This document shows positions 16,550 through 24,998 of a stretch of 64,000 bases of DNA, one piece after another. The notes beneath the pieces are model-generated. The model was not told the DNA's origin and did not search any database. It saw only the letters and a program-made list of their open reading frames with translations. A program made the position numbers and the translations under genes. Source of the stretch: Gemmatimonadota bacterium (GTDB taxonomy: Bacteria > Gemmatimonadota > Gemmatimonadetes > Gemmatimonadales > GWC2-71-9); NCBI GenBank assembly GCA_016874005.1, contig VGVQ01000003.1, forward strand, positions 35,019 through 99,018, given 5' to 3'. How positions within the stretch are numbered: the first letter of the stretch is position 1; the number at the start of each line of letters is the position of its first letter.

Positions 16550-17968
16550 ATGTCGACGCGGATCGAGCGAGACTCCCTGGGCGAGAAGGCCGTGCCCGCC
16601 GGCGCCCTCTACGGCATTCAAACGCAGCGCGCGGTCGAAAACTTTCCGATCTCCGGGCTTCGCGCCCTTCCGGCCTTCACCGACGCGGTCATCGCCATCA
16701 AGCGCTCCGCGGCGCTGGTCCATCGCCACACCGGCCGCCTCGATGGCACCCTGGCCGACGCCATCGTACGGGCCGCCGACGAAGTGCTCGCCGGCCACCA
16801 TCGCGATCAGTTCGTGGTCGACGTCTTTCAGGCCGGCGCCGGCACCAGCCACAACATGAACTGTAACGAAGTGCTGGCCAACCGGGCAAACGAGCTGCTG
16901 GGTACCCCCCGCGGCAGTTACGCGCCGGTTCACCCCAACGATCACGTCAACATGGCCCAAAGCACCAACGACGTGATCCCGACCGCCATTCGACTGGCGG
17001 CGCTCACCACGCTGCCGGCTCTCCTCCGAGCGGTCGAGTCGTTGGCCGAGTGCTTTCTCGCCAAGGGCCGCCAATTCGACCACGTCCTCAAGGCCGGGAG
17101 GACCCACCTTCAGGACGCGACCCCGATTCGGTTGGGGCAGGAGTTCGCCGCTTACGGGCGGACCTTGACTCGACATCGCGAGAAGCTGGTCGAGGCGGCG
17201 CGGTGGCTTCGGGCCCTGCCGATCGGCGGCACCGCGGTCGGCACCGGCTTGAACGCCGAGCCGCAGTACCCCGGGCTCCTGGTGGCGCAACTCCGGACCT
17301 TGACCGGGCTCGATGTGGAGGAAGCGACCGATCGAGTCCAAGCGATGCAATCGATGGGCGACCTGGTCACGATCAGCGGAGCCCTGCGTGCCTATGCCAT
17401 CGACCTCAACAAGATCGCCAGCGACATCAGGCTCCTCGCCTCTGGGCCTCGTACCGGACTCGCCGAGATTCGCCTGCCCCCGGTGCAGCCGGGGTCGAGC
17501 ATCATGCCCGGGAAGGTCAACCCCTCGATCGCCGAGATGGTGAACCAGGTTTGCCTTCAGGTGGTCGGGTTCGATACCACGGTGGCGCTCGCGTCCGAGG
17601 CGGGGCAGCTCGAGCTCAACGTGATGATGCCCGTGATCGCCCACGACCTCCTGTTCGCGATCGCGATCCTGACCACCGCCACCCGGCAGTTCGAGATAGC
17701 CTGCGTCGCCGGGATCGAGGCCGACGAGGCCCAGTGCGCCTATTGGCTCGAGCGGAGCCCCGCGCTGGTCACCGCGCTCGCCCCGACGATTGGCTACGCG
17801 GCGGCCGCCAGGCTGGCCCAAGAGGCGGTCGCGACCGGGCGGCCGGTCAAGGACTTGATCCGCGAAAAGGGACTGCTGGCCGCCGGCGACCTCGAGCGGG
17901 TGCTCGACCTCAGGGCCATGACCGATCTAGGAGTCCCCCGAGGGACACCGCTGCCGGGAGCCGGCTGA
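16550..17968 (+). CDS. aspA: aspartate ammonia-lyase (class II fumarase/aspartase family)
   Basis: 472 aa with the GSSIMPGKVNP signature. VDVFQAGAGTS and EAGQLELNVMMPVI resemble E. coli AspA (QGGAGTS, EAGQLQLNVMEPVI) more than FumC, judged from memory. Confidence 0.8.
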   Translation: MSTRIERDSLGEKAVPAGALYGIQTQRAVENFPISGLRALPAFTDAVIAIKRSAALVHRHTGRLDGTLADAIVRAADEVLAGHHRDQFVVDVFQAGAGTSHNMNCNEVLANRANELLGTPRGSYAPVHPNDHVNMAQSTNDVIPTAIRLAALTTLPALLRAVESLAECFLAKGRQFDHVLKAGRTHLQDATPIRLGQEFAAYGRTLTRHREKLVEAARWLRALPIGGTAVGTGLNAEPQYPGLLVAQLRTLTGLDVEEATDRVQAMQSMGDLVTISGALRAYAIDLNKIASDIRLLASGPRTGLAEIRLPPVQPGSSIMPGKVNPSIAEMVNQVCLQVVGFDTTVALASEAGQLELNVMMPVIAHDLLFAIAILTTATRQFEIACVAGIEADEAQCAYWLERSPALVTALAPTIGYAAAARLAQEAVATGRPVKDLIREKGLLAAGDLERVLDLRAMTDLGVPRGTPLPGAG

Positions 17969-17988
17969 ACCGAAGAGGAGCGCGAAAC

Positions 17989-19650
17989 ATGGGTAATCGC
18001 CACACCGGTTTTCGCCTCGCGCTCGCCGGGCTCGCCGTCGCTGCCCAGACGGCCGTCGCCCAGCAGGTCGAGATCACCGTGGCCCCGGGCCTTCACCCGG
18101 GCCCGATCACCGGCCGCGCCTTCGTCATCTTCACCCGCGACGACAGTCGCGAACCCCGCCTCCAGGCCGGGTCGTACGCGGGCGGGGTTCCGTTCTTCGG
18201 GGTCGACGTGACCGGATTGAGCGCCGGCGGAGCCGCCGTGATCGACGCGGCGACGCCTGGCTTCCCGGTCGACCGCCTTCGCGATATTCCCGCCGGCCAC
18301 TACTACGTCCAGGGACTGATGGTGCTCTACACCGAGGTGACCCCGGCCCACGGGAAGACCATCTGGCTCCCGTGGGATCAATGGGAAGGTCGCCAATGGA
18401 ACCGGACCCCGGGGAACCTCGTCAGCCAGGTCCGCCAGATTCGCTGGGATCCCGCCGGAAGTCGGGTCCGGCTCGAGCTGACCCGCGCCTTGCCGCCCGG
18501 TCAGAGCCCGCCGGACACCAAATGGGTCAAACGGGTCAAGATCCAGAGTGAGTTGCTCTCCAAGTGGTGGGGAAGAGCCGTCTACCTCGGGGCGACGGTG
18601 TTGCTCCCCCGTGGCTGGGAGGAGAACCCCTCCACTCGCTACCCGGCCATCTACATCCAGGGCCACTTCGGTGAAGGCGCCCCTTTCGGCTTCAATTCCG
18701 AGGGCCAGCCGGAGACCGCCGAGGCCCGCAAGGCCCGGCTGGTTCGTACCGCGCGCGAGCCCGGCTATGAATTCGCGCAGGCCTGGATGGGCCCCGGATT
18801 TCCGAGAATGGCGGCGGTCACCCTCCAGCACCCGACCCCCTTTTACGACGACTCGTACGCGGTCAATTCGGCCAATCAAGGGCCCTATCAGGACGCGATC
18901 ATCGAGGAGCTGATCCCATACCTCGAGGAAAAGTTCCGGTTGATCCCGAAGTCGTACGCCCGGCTGCTGACCGGCGGGTCGACCGGCGGCTGGATTGCCT
19001 TGGCGCTCCAGATCCACCGGCCCACCTTCTTCGGGGGCGCCTGGTCCCTCTATCCGGACGCGGTCGATTTCTCCCGGAACCAGATGATCGACAATTACGC
19101 CGACAGCAACGCCTTCAGACCCAACGCCCGCCCCAACCAGTGGCTCCTGCACGAGCGCTACCTCAGTCGGGGCGAGGATGGCCAGCCGTGGACCACGGTC
19201 CGCCAGATGGCGCGGCTCGAGGAGGTGCTCGGTAGTCGGGGGCGGGGAGGTCAACAGCTTCAGGCGTACGACGCCGCCTACGGCCCGGTCGGTGACGACG
19301 GCTATCCCAAGCCGCTCTTCGATCGCACCACCGGGACGATCGACAAATCGGCGGTCGATTATTGGCGGGACAACGGCTACGACCTGAACCGCTACCTCGA
19401 GAAGCACTGGGCCACGATCGGCCGGGACTTGAACGGCAAGATCACCGTCTGGACCGGTGACATGGACAATTACTATCTGAACCTGGCCGTCTATCGGATG
19501 GAGGAGACATTCAAGCGGCTCGGCGGCCGAGCCAGGTTCGAGTACGGACGTCCCATGAAGCCCCATGGCTGGCAGCCGGTCTCCAATGCCGAGATGGTGC
19601 GGCAGATGGGGCGCCACATCGCCCGGCGCGCCAACATCGAGGGTCGATGA
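17989..19650 (+). CDS. secreted esterase-family alpha/beta hydrolase (enterochelin-esterase/esterase-D-like C-terminal domain)
   Basis: Track ORF 17050..19650 trimmed to the ATG at 17989 (MGNRHTGFRLALAGLAVAAQTAVAQQ, signal). The C-terminal half has LLTGGSTGGWIALAL, a GxSxG-type nucleophile elbow. The N-terminal ~200 aa are unassigned. Confidence 0.6.
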   Translation: MGNRHTGFRLALAGLAVAAQTAVAQQVEITVAPGLHPGPITGRAFVIFTRDDSREPRLQAGSYAGGVPFFGVDVTGLSAGGAAVIDAATPGFPVDRLRDIPAGHYYVQGLMVLYTEVTPAHGKTIWLPWDQWEGRQWNRTPGNLVSQVRQIRWDPAGSRVRLELTRALPPGQSPPDTKWVKRVKIQSELLSKWWGRAVYLGATVLLPRGWEENPSTRYPAIYIQGHFGEGAPFGFNSEGQPETAEARKARLVRTAREPGYEFAQAWMGPGFPRMAAVTLQHPTPFYDDSYAVNSANQGPYQDAIIEELIPYLEEKFRLIPKSYARLLTGGSTGGWIALALQIHRPTFFGGAWSLYPDAVDFSRNQMIDNYADSNAFRPNARPNQWLLHERYLSRGEDGQPWTTVRQMARLEEVLGSRGRGGQQLQAYDAAYGPVGDDGYPKPLFDRTTGTIDKSAVDYWRDNGYDLNRYLEKHWATIGRDLNGKITVWTGDMDNYYLNLAVYRMEETFKRLGGRARFEYGRPMKPHGWQPVSNAEMVRQMGRHIARRANIEGR

Positions 19651-20861
19651 GCGACGGCCGACCGAGCGCGGGAGAACGGGGCGGGTCGAAGACTCGCCCC
19701 GTTCTCATGCTCGCCCTCTTGGCGGTCGCGGAAACCTGTGGGATGGCGGCCTGGTTCGCCGGCAACGCGGTCGCCCCGGAACTGGCGGCTCGATTCGCGC
19801 TCTCGGCCACCGAGCAGGCGTGGCTCACCTCGGCCGTCCAGCTGGGGTTCGTCGCCGGTACCCTGGCCGCCGCGGTCCTCAATCTGCCGGACCTGGTGCC
19901 CAGCCGGTGGTACCTTGCCGGCGCCGCGCTGCTGGCCGCCGGGGCCAACGCGGCGCTGCTGATCGCCCCGACCTTCGCCGGCGTTCTCCTGAGCCGGTTC
20001 GGCTTGGGGGTGGCCCTGGCGGGTGTCTACCCGCCAGCCATGAAAATGGCGGCCACCTGGTTTGCCGCGGGGCGGGGACTGGCCATCGGCGTGGTGGTCG
20101 CCTCCCTGACGTTAGGCAAGGCCGTCCCCTACCTGGTCGAGGGGTTCGGCGCCCTCGGCCTCGAGTCGGTGGTCCGGTCGACCTCGCTGGCCGCCCTGGT
20201 CGCTGCCGCCGCGGTCGCGATCTGGTACCGCGACGGTCCCCATGCCTTCGCCCGCCGTCCGTTCAGTTGGCGGTTGGTCGGGGAGGTGATCCGAGTGCCT
20301 CCGCTCCGCCTCGTCACGGCCGGCTACCTCGGCCACATGTGGGAGCTGTACGCCTATTGGACCTACGTTGGCGGCTACTGGCGAGAGTCCTTCGCCCGGT
20401 CCGGCACCGCCGTCGGTCCGCGCCCGCTCGCGGTTCTGACCTTCGCCAGCATCGCGATCGGCGCCGTCGGCTGCCTCTGGGGCGGCTTCGCCGCCGATCG
20501 CCTCGGGCGGGCCCGTGTCGTCATCTGGGCGCTCACCGCCAGTGCTGTCGCGGGGATCGCCGCTGGCCTGGTGATCGATGCGCCCAGCTATCTCGTCGGC
20601 TTGGTGGTGGCGGTTTGGGGCATCGCCATCATCGCCGATTCCGCCCAATTCAGCGCCCTGGCCACCGAGCTGGCTCCCAGCCACGCCGTCGGGACCGCCC
20701 TGACGCTGCAGACCTCGATCGGCTTTCTCCTGACCATCGGGTCGATCCAGTTGATCGGGGCCATCGGGGGCCCCGGGAATCGCTGGGCCTTTCCGCTCCT
20801 CGCCGTCGGCCCCTCGCTTGGCATCTTGGCGATGCGCCGGCTCGCTCGCGGTCAAACCTGA
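19647..20861 (+). CDS. MFS transporter
   Basis: 404 aa, about 12 hydrophobic segments with the typical MFS layout. ATGA overlap with the esterase stop. Confidence 0.75.
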   Translation: MSDGRPSAGERGGSKTRPVLMLALLAVAETCGMAAWFAGNAVAPELAARFALSATEQAWLTSAVQLGFVAGTLAAAVLNLPDLVPSRWYLAGAALLAAGANAALLIAPTFAGVLLSRFGLGVALAGVYPPAMKMAATWFAAGRGLAIGVVVASLTLGKAVPYLVEGFGALGLESVVRSTSLAALVAAAAVAIWYRDGPHAFARRPFSWRLVGEVIRVPPLRLVTAGYLGHMWELYAYWTYVGGYWRESFARSGTAVGPRPLAVLTFASIAIGAVGCLWGGFAADRLGRARVVIWALTASAVAGIAAGLVIDAPSYLVGLVVAVWGIAIIADSAQFSALATELAPSHAVGTALTLQTSIGFLLTIGSIQLIGAIGGPGNRWAFPLLAVGPSLGILAMRRLARGQT

Positions 20862-20867
20862 GGGAAG

Positions 20868-22586
20868 TTGCTGGCCCGCTACGCTCGCTCCTACCTTGGG
20901 ACCATGAGGCGGGCGTGGGTGCACAGCGTGGTTCTGGCGGTCGCGGTGGCGGGTTGGGGCCTCGACCGGTCCATTTCGGCCCAGACACCGGCTCAGCCCC
21001 AGGAGCGGAGGCTGACCGTGACCGCTGCCGACTCCCTCACCGGGCGCCCCCTGGTCGGCGCGTTGGTAACCGTCCGCGACGCTCTGGGGCGCCCGCTGCA
21101 CCGGTCTTTGGCCAACGAACGCGGGATCGCGGTCGTCCCGGTCGCCGCGCCGTTTCGAATCCGGGTCGACGCGATCGGCTACGCCGGTCGGGAGTCGGCC
21201 CTCCTCGAGCCCGGCGGGCTCTCCCGCCTGAGCTTTCGGCTGACGGCCGCGCCGCTCTCGCTACCCGACCTCGCCGTCGTCGCCGGTCCACCGACGTGCC
21301 GGGTTGATCCTGAGGAAGGCGCTGCCGTTTCTCGCCTCTGGGAGGAGGCCCGCAAGGCCCTCACCGCGACCACGCTGACCGCCGCCAACCGGGGCGTCGA
21401 GTTCGAGATCGAGGTGATCGAACGGGAACTCGACGCCGGCGCTCGGGTCCAGAGCGAACGACGTACGACACGACGGGGGAACCCTGGGCGGCCCTTCCGC
21501 GCCGAGGATCCCGACCGGCTCTCCCGGGACGGCTACGTTCAGCGTCGAGCCGACGGCGATTGGTACCACGGCCCCGACGCCGAGCTCCTCTTGTCCGAGT
21601 CGTTCCTCGCCGATCACTGCTACCGTCTCGCCGAGTCCCCATCTGATCGACCCGGCCTCGTCGGCCTCGCCTTCGCCCCGGCCGAGCATCGAACCCTGCC
21701 GGACATTCGCGGCGTCCTGTGGATCGACCGGCGCACCGCGGAGCTGTCCCACGTCGATTTCGCGTTCGATCGTCTCGATCTCCCGGACGAGGCCCGCGGC
21801 GTCGGCGGGCGGGTGCACTTCGCCAAGCTGCCTAACGGCGGCTGGTTCGTCGACGACTGGCACCTTCGGATGCCCAAGTACTCCCGGGTTCGTGGCCCAT
21901 ACTTCGACCGACTCCGACTCGTTGGCTATAGTGAAACCGCGGGCCGGTCTGCCCCCATTGGCCGGCTCGAGCCGGTGTCTCGAACCCGGGTCGTTGGGCG
22001 GGTGTTCGACTCGCTGGCTGGCCGCCCGCTCGGCGGCGTGGTCGTGTCGCTCCAAGAAGGCGCCTACGCCGGCACGACCGGCGACGATGGGACCTTCGAC
22101 CTCACCTCGCCGGGAACCGGCCCGTACCTCGTCTCCGCGAGCCATCCGCGGTTCGAGGTGCTGGGACTCGGGGCCCTGAGGGCCGGCGCGACCCTCTCCC
22201 GAGGCCGGGCTGATACCGTGAGCTTCGCGGTTCCCGGACAGGCGACCCTGCTCGAGCGGCTCTGCGGCCCCGGCCAACTCGGCCGGGCCTTGGCCGGTCG
22301 GGCCCGACCCCGACCTCCCGACTCCGCGGCGGAGGTTTGGATCAGGACCCAGGGCGACTACGCCATCCAGACCCGCCCGTCCGCTCGCAACACCGTCCGG
22401 TGGCGGGTAACCGTCACCGAACGGGCCAAAACTTGGGTCGGTGGTCTCGACCAGACGGGTCGCTTCCTGGTGTGCGACCTCCCCGAGGCAGGGGCTCTCA
22501 TCGTTGGGGTTGGGAAGGACACCTTGTTTGCTTCCGACTCGGCAGGACCCCGACTGATCGTCGTGGAAGAGCCGCCCCGGCCCTGA
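20868..22586 (+). CDS. secreted protein with carboxypeptidase-regulatory-like (CarboxypepD_reg) domains, function unknown
   Basis: 572-aa track ORF. The likelier start is the ATG at 20904 (MRRAWVHSVVLAVAVAGWG, signal). The blocks TVTAADSLTGRPLVGALVTVRD and VVGRVFDSLAGRPLGGVVVSL..GTTGDDGTFDL are CarboxypepD_reg-like. The central ~250 aa are unassigned. Confidence 0.5.
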   Translation: MLARYARSYLGTMRRAWVHSVVLAVAVAGWGLDRSISAQTPAQPQERRLTVTAADSLTGRPLVGALVTVRDALGRPLHRSLANERGIAVVPVAAPFRIRVDAIGYAGRESALLEPGGLSRLSFRLTAAPLSLPDLAVVAGPPTCRVDPEEGAAVSRLWEEARKALTATTLTAANRGVEFEIEVIERELDAGARVQSERRTTRRGNPGRPFRAEDPDRLSRDGYVQRRADGDWYHGPDAELLLSESFLADHCYRLAESPSDRPGLVGLAFAPAEHRTLPDIRGVLWIDRRTAELSHVDFAFDRLDLPDEARGVGGRVHFAKLPNGGWFVDDWHLRMPKYSRVRGPYFDRLRLVGYSETAGRSAPIGRLEPVSRTRVVGRVFDSLAGRPLGGVVVSLQEGAYAGTTGDDGTFDLTSPGTGPYLVSASHPRFEVLGLGALRAGATLSRGRADTVSFAVPGQATLLERLCGPGQLGRALAGRARPRPPDSAAEVWIRTQGDYAIQTRPSARNTVRWRVTVTERAKTWVGGLDQTGRFLVCDLPEAGALIVGVGKDTLFASDSAGPRLIVVEEPPRP

Positions 22587-22655
22587 GAGCCTCGCCCGGA
22601 GCCGCCGCGGCTGCGGCCTAGCCCGACTCGGCTGGTCGGAATTGAGGTCGACGCC

Positions 22656-22661
22656 TATATT
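22656..22661 (+). promoter_or_regulatory. TATATT -10-like box, 8 nt before the Rrf2 ATG (possible leaderless transcript)
   Basis: gcCTATATTGgcggggtATG. There is no SD-like purine run apart from GGGG. The spacing would put a start site at or next to the ATG at 22670. Confidence 0.3.
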
Positions 22662-22669
22662 GGCGGGGT

Positions 22670-23143
22670 ATGCGGGTAACGACCTGGACCGAGTACAGCC
22701 TGATCATCTCGATTCACCTCGCCCGCCAGGCGCGGCGCGGGGCCCAGCCGGTGGCCGCCAGAGAGTTGGCCGAAGCCGAGCGGCTTCCCGGCGATTACGT
22801 CGAGCAGATCTTGCTTCGCCTCCGCCGATCGGGCGTGGTCGAGAGCGTTCGCGGGGCGAAGGGTGGTTATTTCCTCGCCCGCGATCCCGGCGCCATTACC
22901 GTCCGCGATGTGATGGCCGCTTCGGAGCACCAGACCTTCGAGATGAACTGCGACCACCACCCCGTTGACTCGGAGCGCTGTTCGCCCGGGGCCGCCTGCT
23001 TGATCCGGCCGGTGTGGCAGGCACTCCAGCGGCGGATCGACGATTTCTTGGCCGGGGTGACCCTCGCGGACCTGCTTAGGGAGGACGTACCGGTCGAGTT
23101 GGTCACCCTTTCGCCGGCGGGCGGTCCAGACGCATCGAGTTAG
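22670..23143 (+). CDS. Rrf2-family transcriptional regulator (IscR-like, three-Cys cluster)
   Basis: 157 aa. MRVTTWTEYSLIISIHLARQ and GVVESVRGAKGGYFLAR are typical Rrf2 wHTH segments. Cys spacing is C-x10-C-x5-C (NCDHHPVDSERCSPGAAC). Confidence 0.85.
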   Translation: MRVTTWTEYSLIISIHLARQARRGAQPVAARELAEAERLPGDYVEQILLRLRRSGVVESVRGAKGGYFLARDPGAITVRDVMAASEHQTFEMNCDHHPVDSERCSPGAACLIRPVWQALQRRIDDFLAGVTLADLLREDVPVELVTLSPAGGPDASS

Positions 23144-23162
23144 GGTAGGGCTGGAGGGCTCG

Positions 23163-24263
23163 GTGCTGACGCCGTCGCAGTCGGTTCGCTACAGTCGACA
23201 ACTCATCCTGCCAGAAATCGGCTCCGAGGGCCAGGCGCGACTTGCCCGAGCCCGGGTCGCCGTTGTCGGACTGGGCGGGCTCGGTTCGCCGGCAGCGCTC
23301 TATCTCGCGGCGGCCGGTGTCGGGACACTCGGTCTAGTCGATTACGACGACGTCGAGCTTGCCAATCTCCACCGCCAGATTCTCCACGGCACCAGCCGCA
23401 TTGGCCAGTTGAAGGTGGCCTCGGCGGCCGAGCGGCTGGCCGACCTCAATCCCGAGATTCGACTCGAGCCGATCGCCGAGACGCTCACCTCGAAACTCGC
23501 CGAGGAGCTGTTCGATCGGTTCGACCTCATCCTCGACGGCACCGACAACTTCCCGGCCCGTTACGCGATCAACGAGGCAGCGACCAGGGCCGGGAAGCCC
23601 TATGTCTTTGGCAGCATCGCCCGGTTCGAGGGACAGGTCACGGTTTTCGGGGCACCGGACGGCCCCTGCTACCGCTGTCTCTTTTTCGAGCCGCCCCCTG
23701 AGGGTCTGATCCCGAACTGTGCCGACGCCGGTGTGCTCGGAGTGCTCCCGGGAGTGATCGGTACCCTCCAGGCGGTCGAGGCGATCAAGCTTGTCGTGGG
23801 GATCGGGACCCCATTGGTGGGTCGGCTGCTCAGCTACGACGCGCTCGCGGCAACCTTCAGGGAATGGCAGCTCGTCAGGGAGCCGGCGTGTCCCAGTTGC
23901 GGGCCAACCGAGTTTCGGCGACCGCCGACTGGCGGCGACGGCTGCGACTCGGCCGCACTGTCATTTGAAATCGATGGTGGTGAGCTCGCAAACCTCGCTG
24001 ATGTCCAGCTAGTGGACGTCCGGGAGCGCTGGGAGTGGGAGATCGGCCATCTCCCCGGAGCGCATCATCTGCCGCTGGGGATCCTCGGCGGGGCCACCGA
24101 TCGGCTCGATCGGAACCGACCCGTGGTGACGGTTTGCCACAAAGGGTCTCGGTCGCTCCAGGCCTGCCTGGTCCTCCGGGCGGGCGGGTTCGACGCAAGG
24201 TCGCTGCGGGGCGGTCTCGACGCCTGGGCTCGTTTGGTCGACCCCGGATTCCCGCGGTACTAG
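23163..24263 (+). CDS. MoeB/ThiF-type adenylyltransferase fused to a rhodanese domain (MoeZ type)
   Basis: 366 aa with a GTG start. RYSRQLILPEIG, VVGLGGLGSPAALYLAAAGVG, CxxC pairs (CYRC, CPSC) and a C-terminal rhodanese with active-site CHKGSRS. Confidence 0.85.
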   Translation: MLTPSQSVRYSRQLILPEIGSEGQARLARARVAVVGLGGLGSPAALYLAAAGVGTLGLVDYDDVELANLHRQILHGTSRIGQLKVASAAERLADLNPEIRLEPIAETLTSKLAEELFDRFDLILDGTDNFPARYAINEAATRAGKPYVFGSIARFEGQVTVFGAPDGPCYRCLFFEPPPEGLIPNCADAGVLGVLPGVIGTLQAVEAIKLVVGIGTPLVGRLLSYDALAATFREWQLVREPACPSCGPTEFRRPPTGGDGCDSAALSFEIDGGELANLADVQLVDVRERWEWEIGHLPGAHHLPLGILGGATDRLDRNRPVVTVCHKGSRSLQACLVLRAGGFDARSLRGGLDAWARLVDPGFPRY

Positions 24264-24302
24264 CGGACGGCGGTTCGCGCCCGGTGAGCTTGCTGGCAAA
24301 AC

Positions 24303-24329
24303 GAACGGCCCCCGCCATGGGGGCCGTTC
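24303..24329 (-). terminator. hairpin terminator downstream of tRNA-Leu, also 3' of the MoeB-rhodanese gene
   Basis: GAACGGCCCCC (24303-24313), loop gccat, then GGGGGCCGTTC (24319-24329). On the minus strand it is followed by GTTTTG. On the plus strand there is no T-run. Confidence 0.5.
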
Positions 24330-24333
24330 GAGC

Positions 24334-24418
<85 letters not shown>

Positions 24419-24512
24419 GCGAAGCGCAAACCTAGGTACCACAACTAGCGAAGGCAAGCGGCCCGTTGCCACCCCGCCACAGATGCTCTATCTTAATGCC
24501 AGTGATAGACTT

Positions 24513-24998
24513 ATGACGCGAGACCGGAAGCAAGACCCGCCCGGCGACGATCGGGTCTCGGTGGCACGAAATCCGCGAGCCACCCATGATTATCATATCC
24601 TCGAAACCTGGGAGACGGGGATCGTCCTTTCGGGTACCGAGGTGAAGAGCTTGCGGCAGGGCAAGGCCTCGATCAAGGAGGCGTTCGGCTTGGTGCGGGG
24701 CGGGGAAGTCTGGCTCGAGGGGATGCACATCACGCCCTACGAACAGGGAAACCGGTACAATCACGAACCGGTGAGGGCCAGGAAACTTCTCCTCCATCGG
24801 CGGGAAATCGAGCGGTTGATCGGCGCCACCGAGAAGAAGGGCTTCGCCCTGGTGCCGCTGGAACTGTACTTCAAGCGCGGCCGAGCCAAGGTGGCGCTGG
24901 CGCTCGGGAAGGGGAAGAAGGTGCACGACCGACGCGAGGACATCAAACGACGGATCGCCGATCGCGAGATGGCGCGAGCCATGAAGGTCCGGGCGTGA
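24513..24998 (+). CDS. smpB: SsrA-binding protein
   Basis: Track ORF 24366..24998 trimmed to the ATG at 24513, because the upstream part runs through the tRNA. NPRATHDYHILETWETGIVLSGTEVKSLR and the basic C-terminal tail are typical SmpB. Confidence 0.9.
   Translation: MTRDRKQDPPGDDRVSVARNPRATHDYHILETWETGIVLSGTEVKSLRQGKASIKEAFGLVRGGEVWLEGMHITPYEQGNRYNHEPVRARKLLLHRREIERLIGATEKKGFALVPLELYFKRGRAKVALALGKGKKVHDRREDIKRRIADREMARAMKVRA

Noticed and set aside
17794-19617. 607-aa minus-strand ORF antisense to the esterase gene
   Set aside because: Antisense shadow frame. The sense frame has a signal peptide and an esterase elbow motif.
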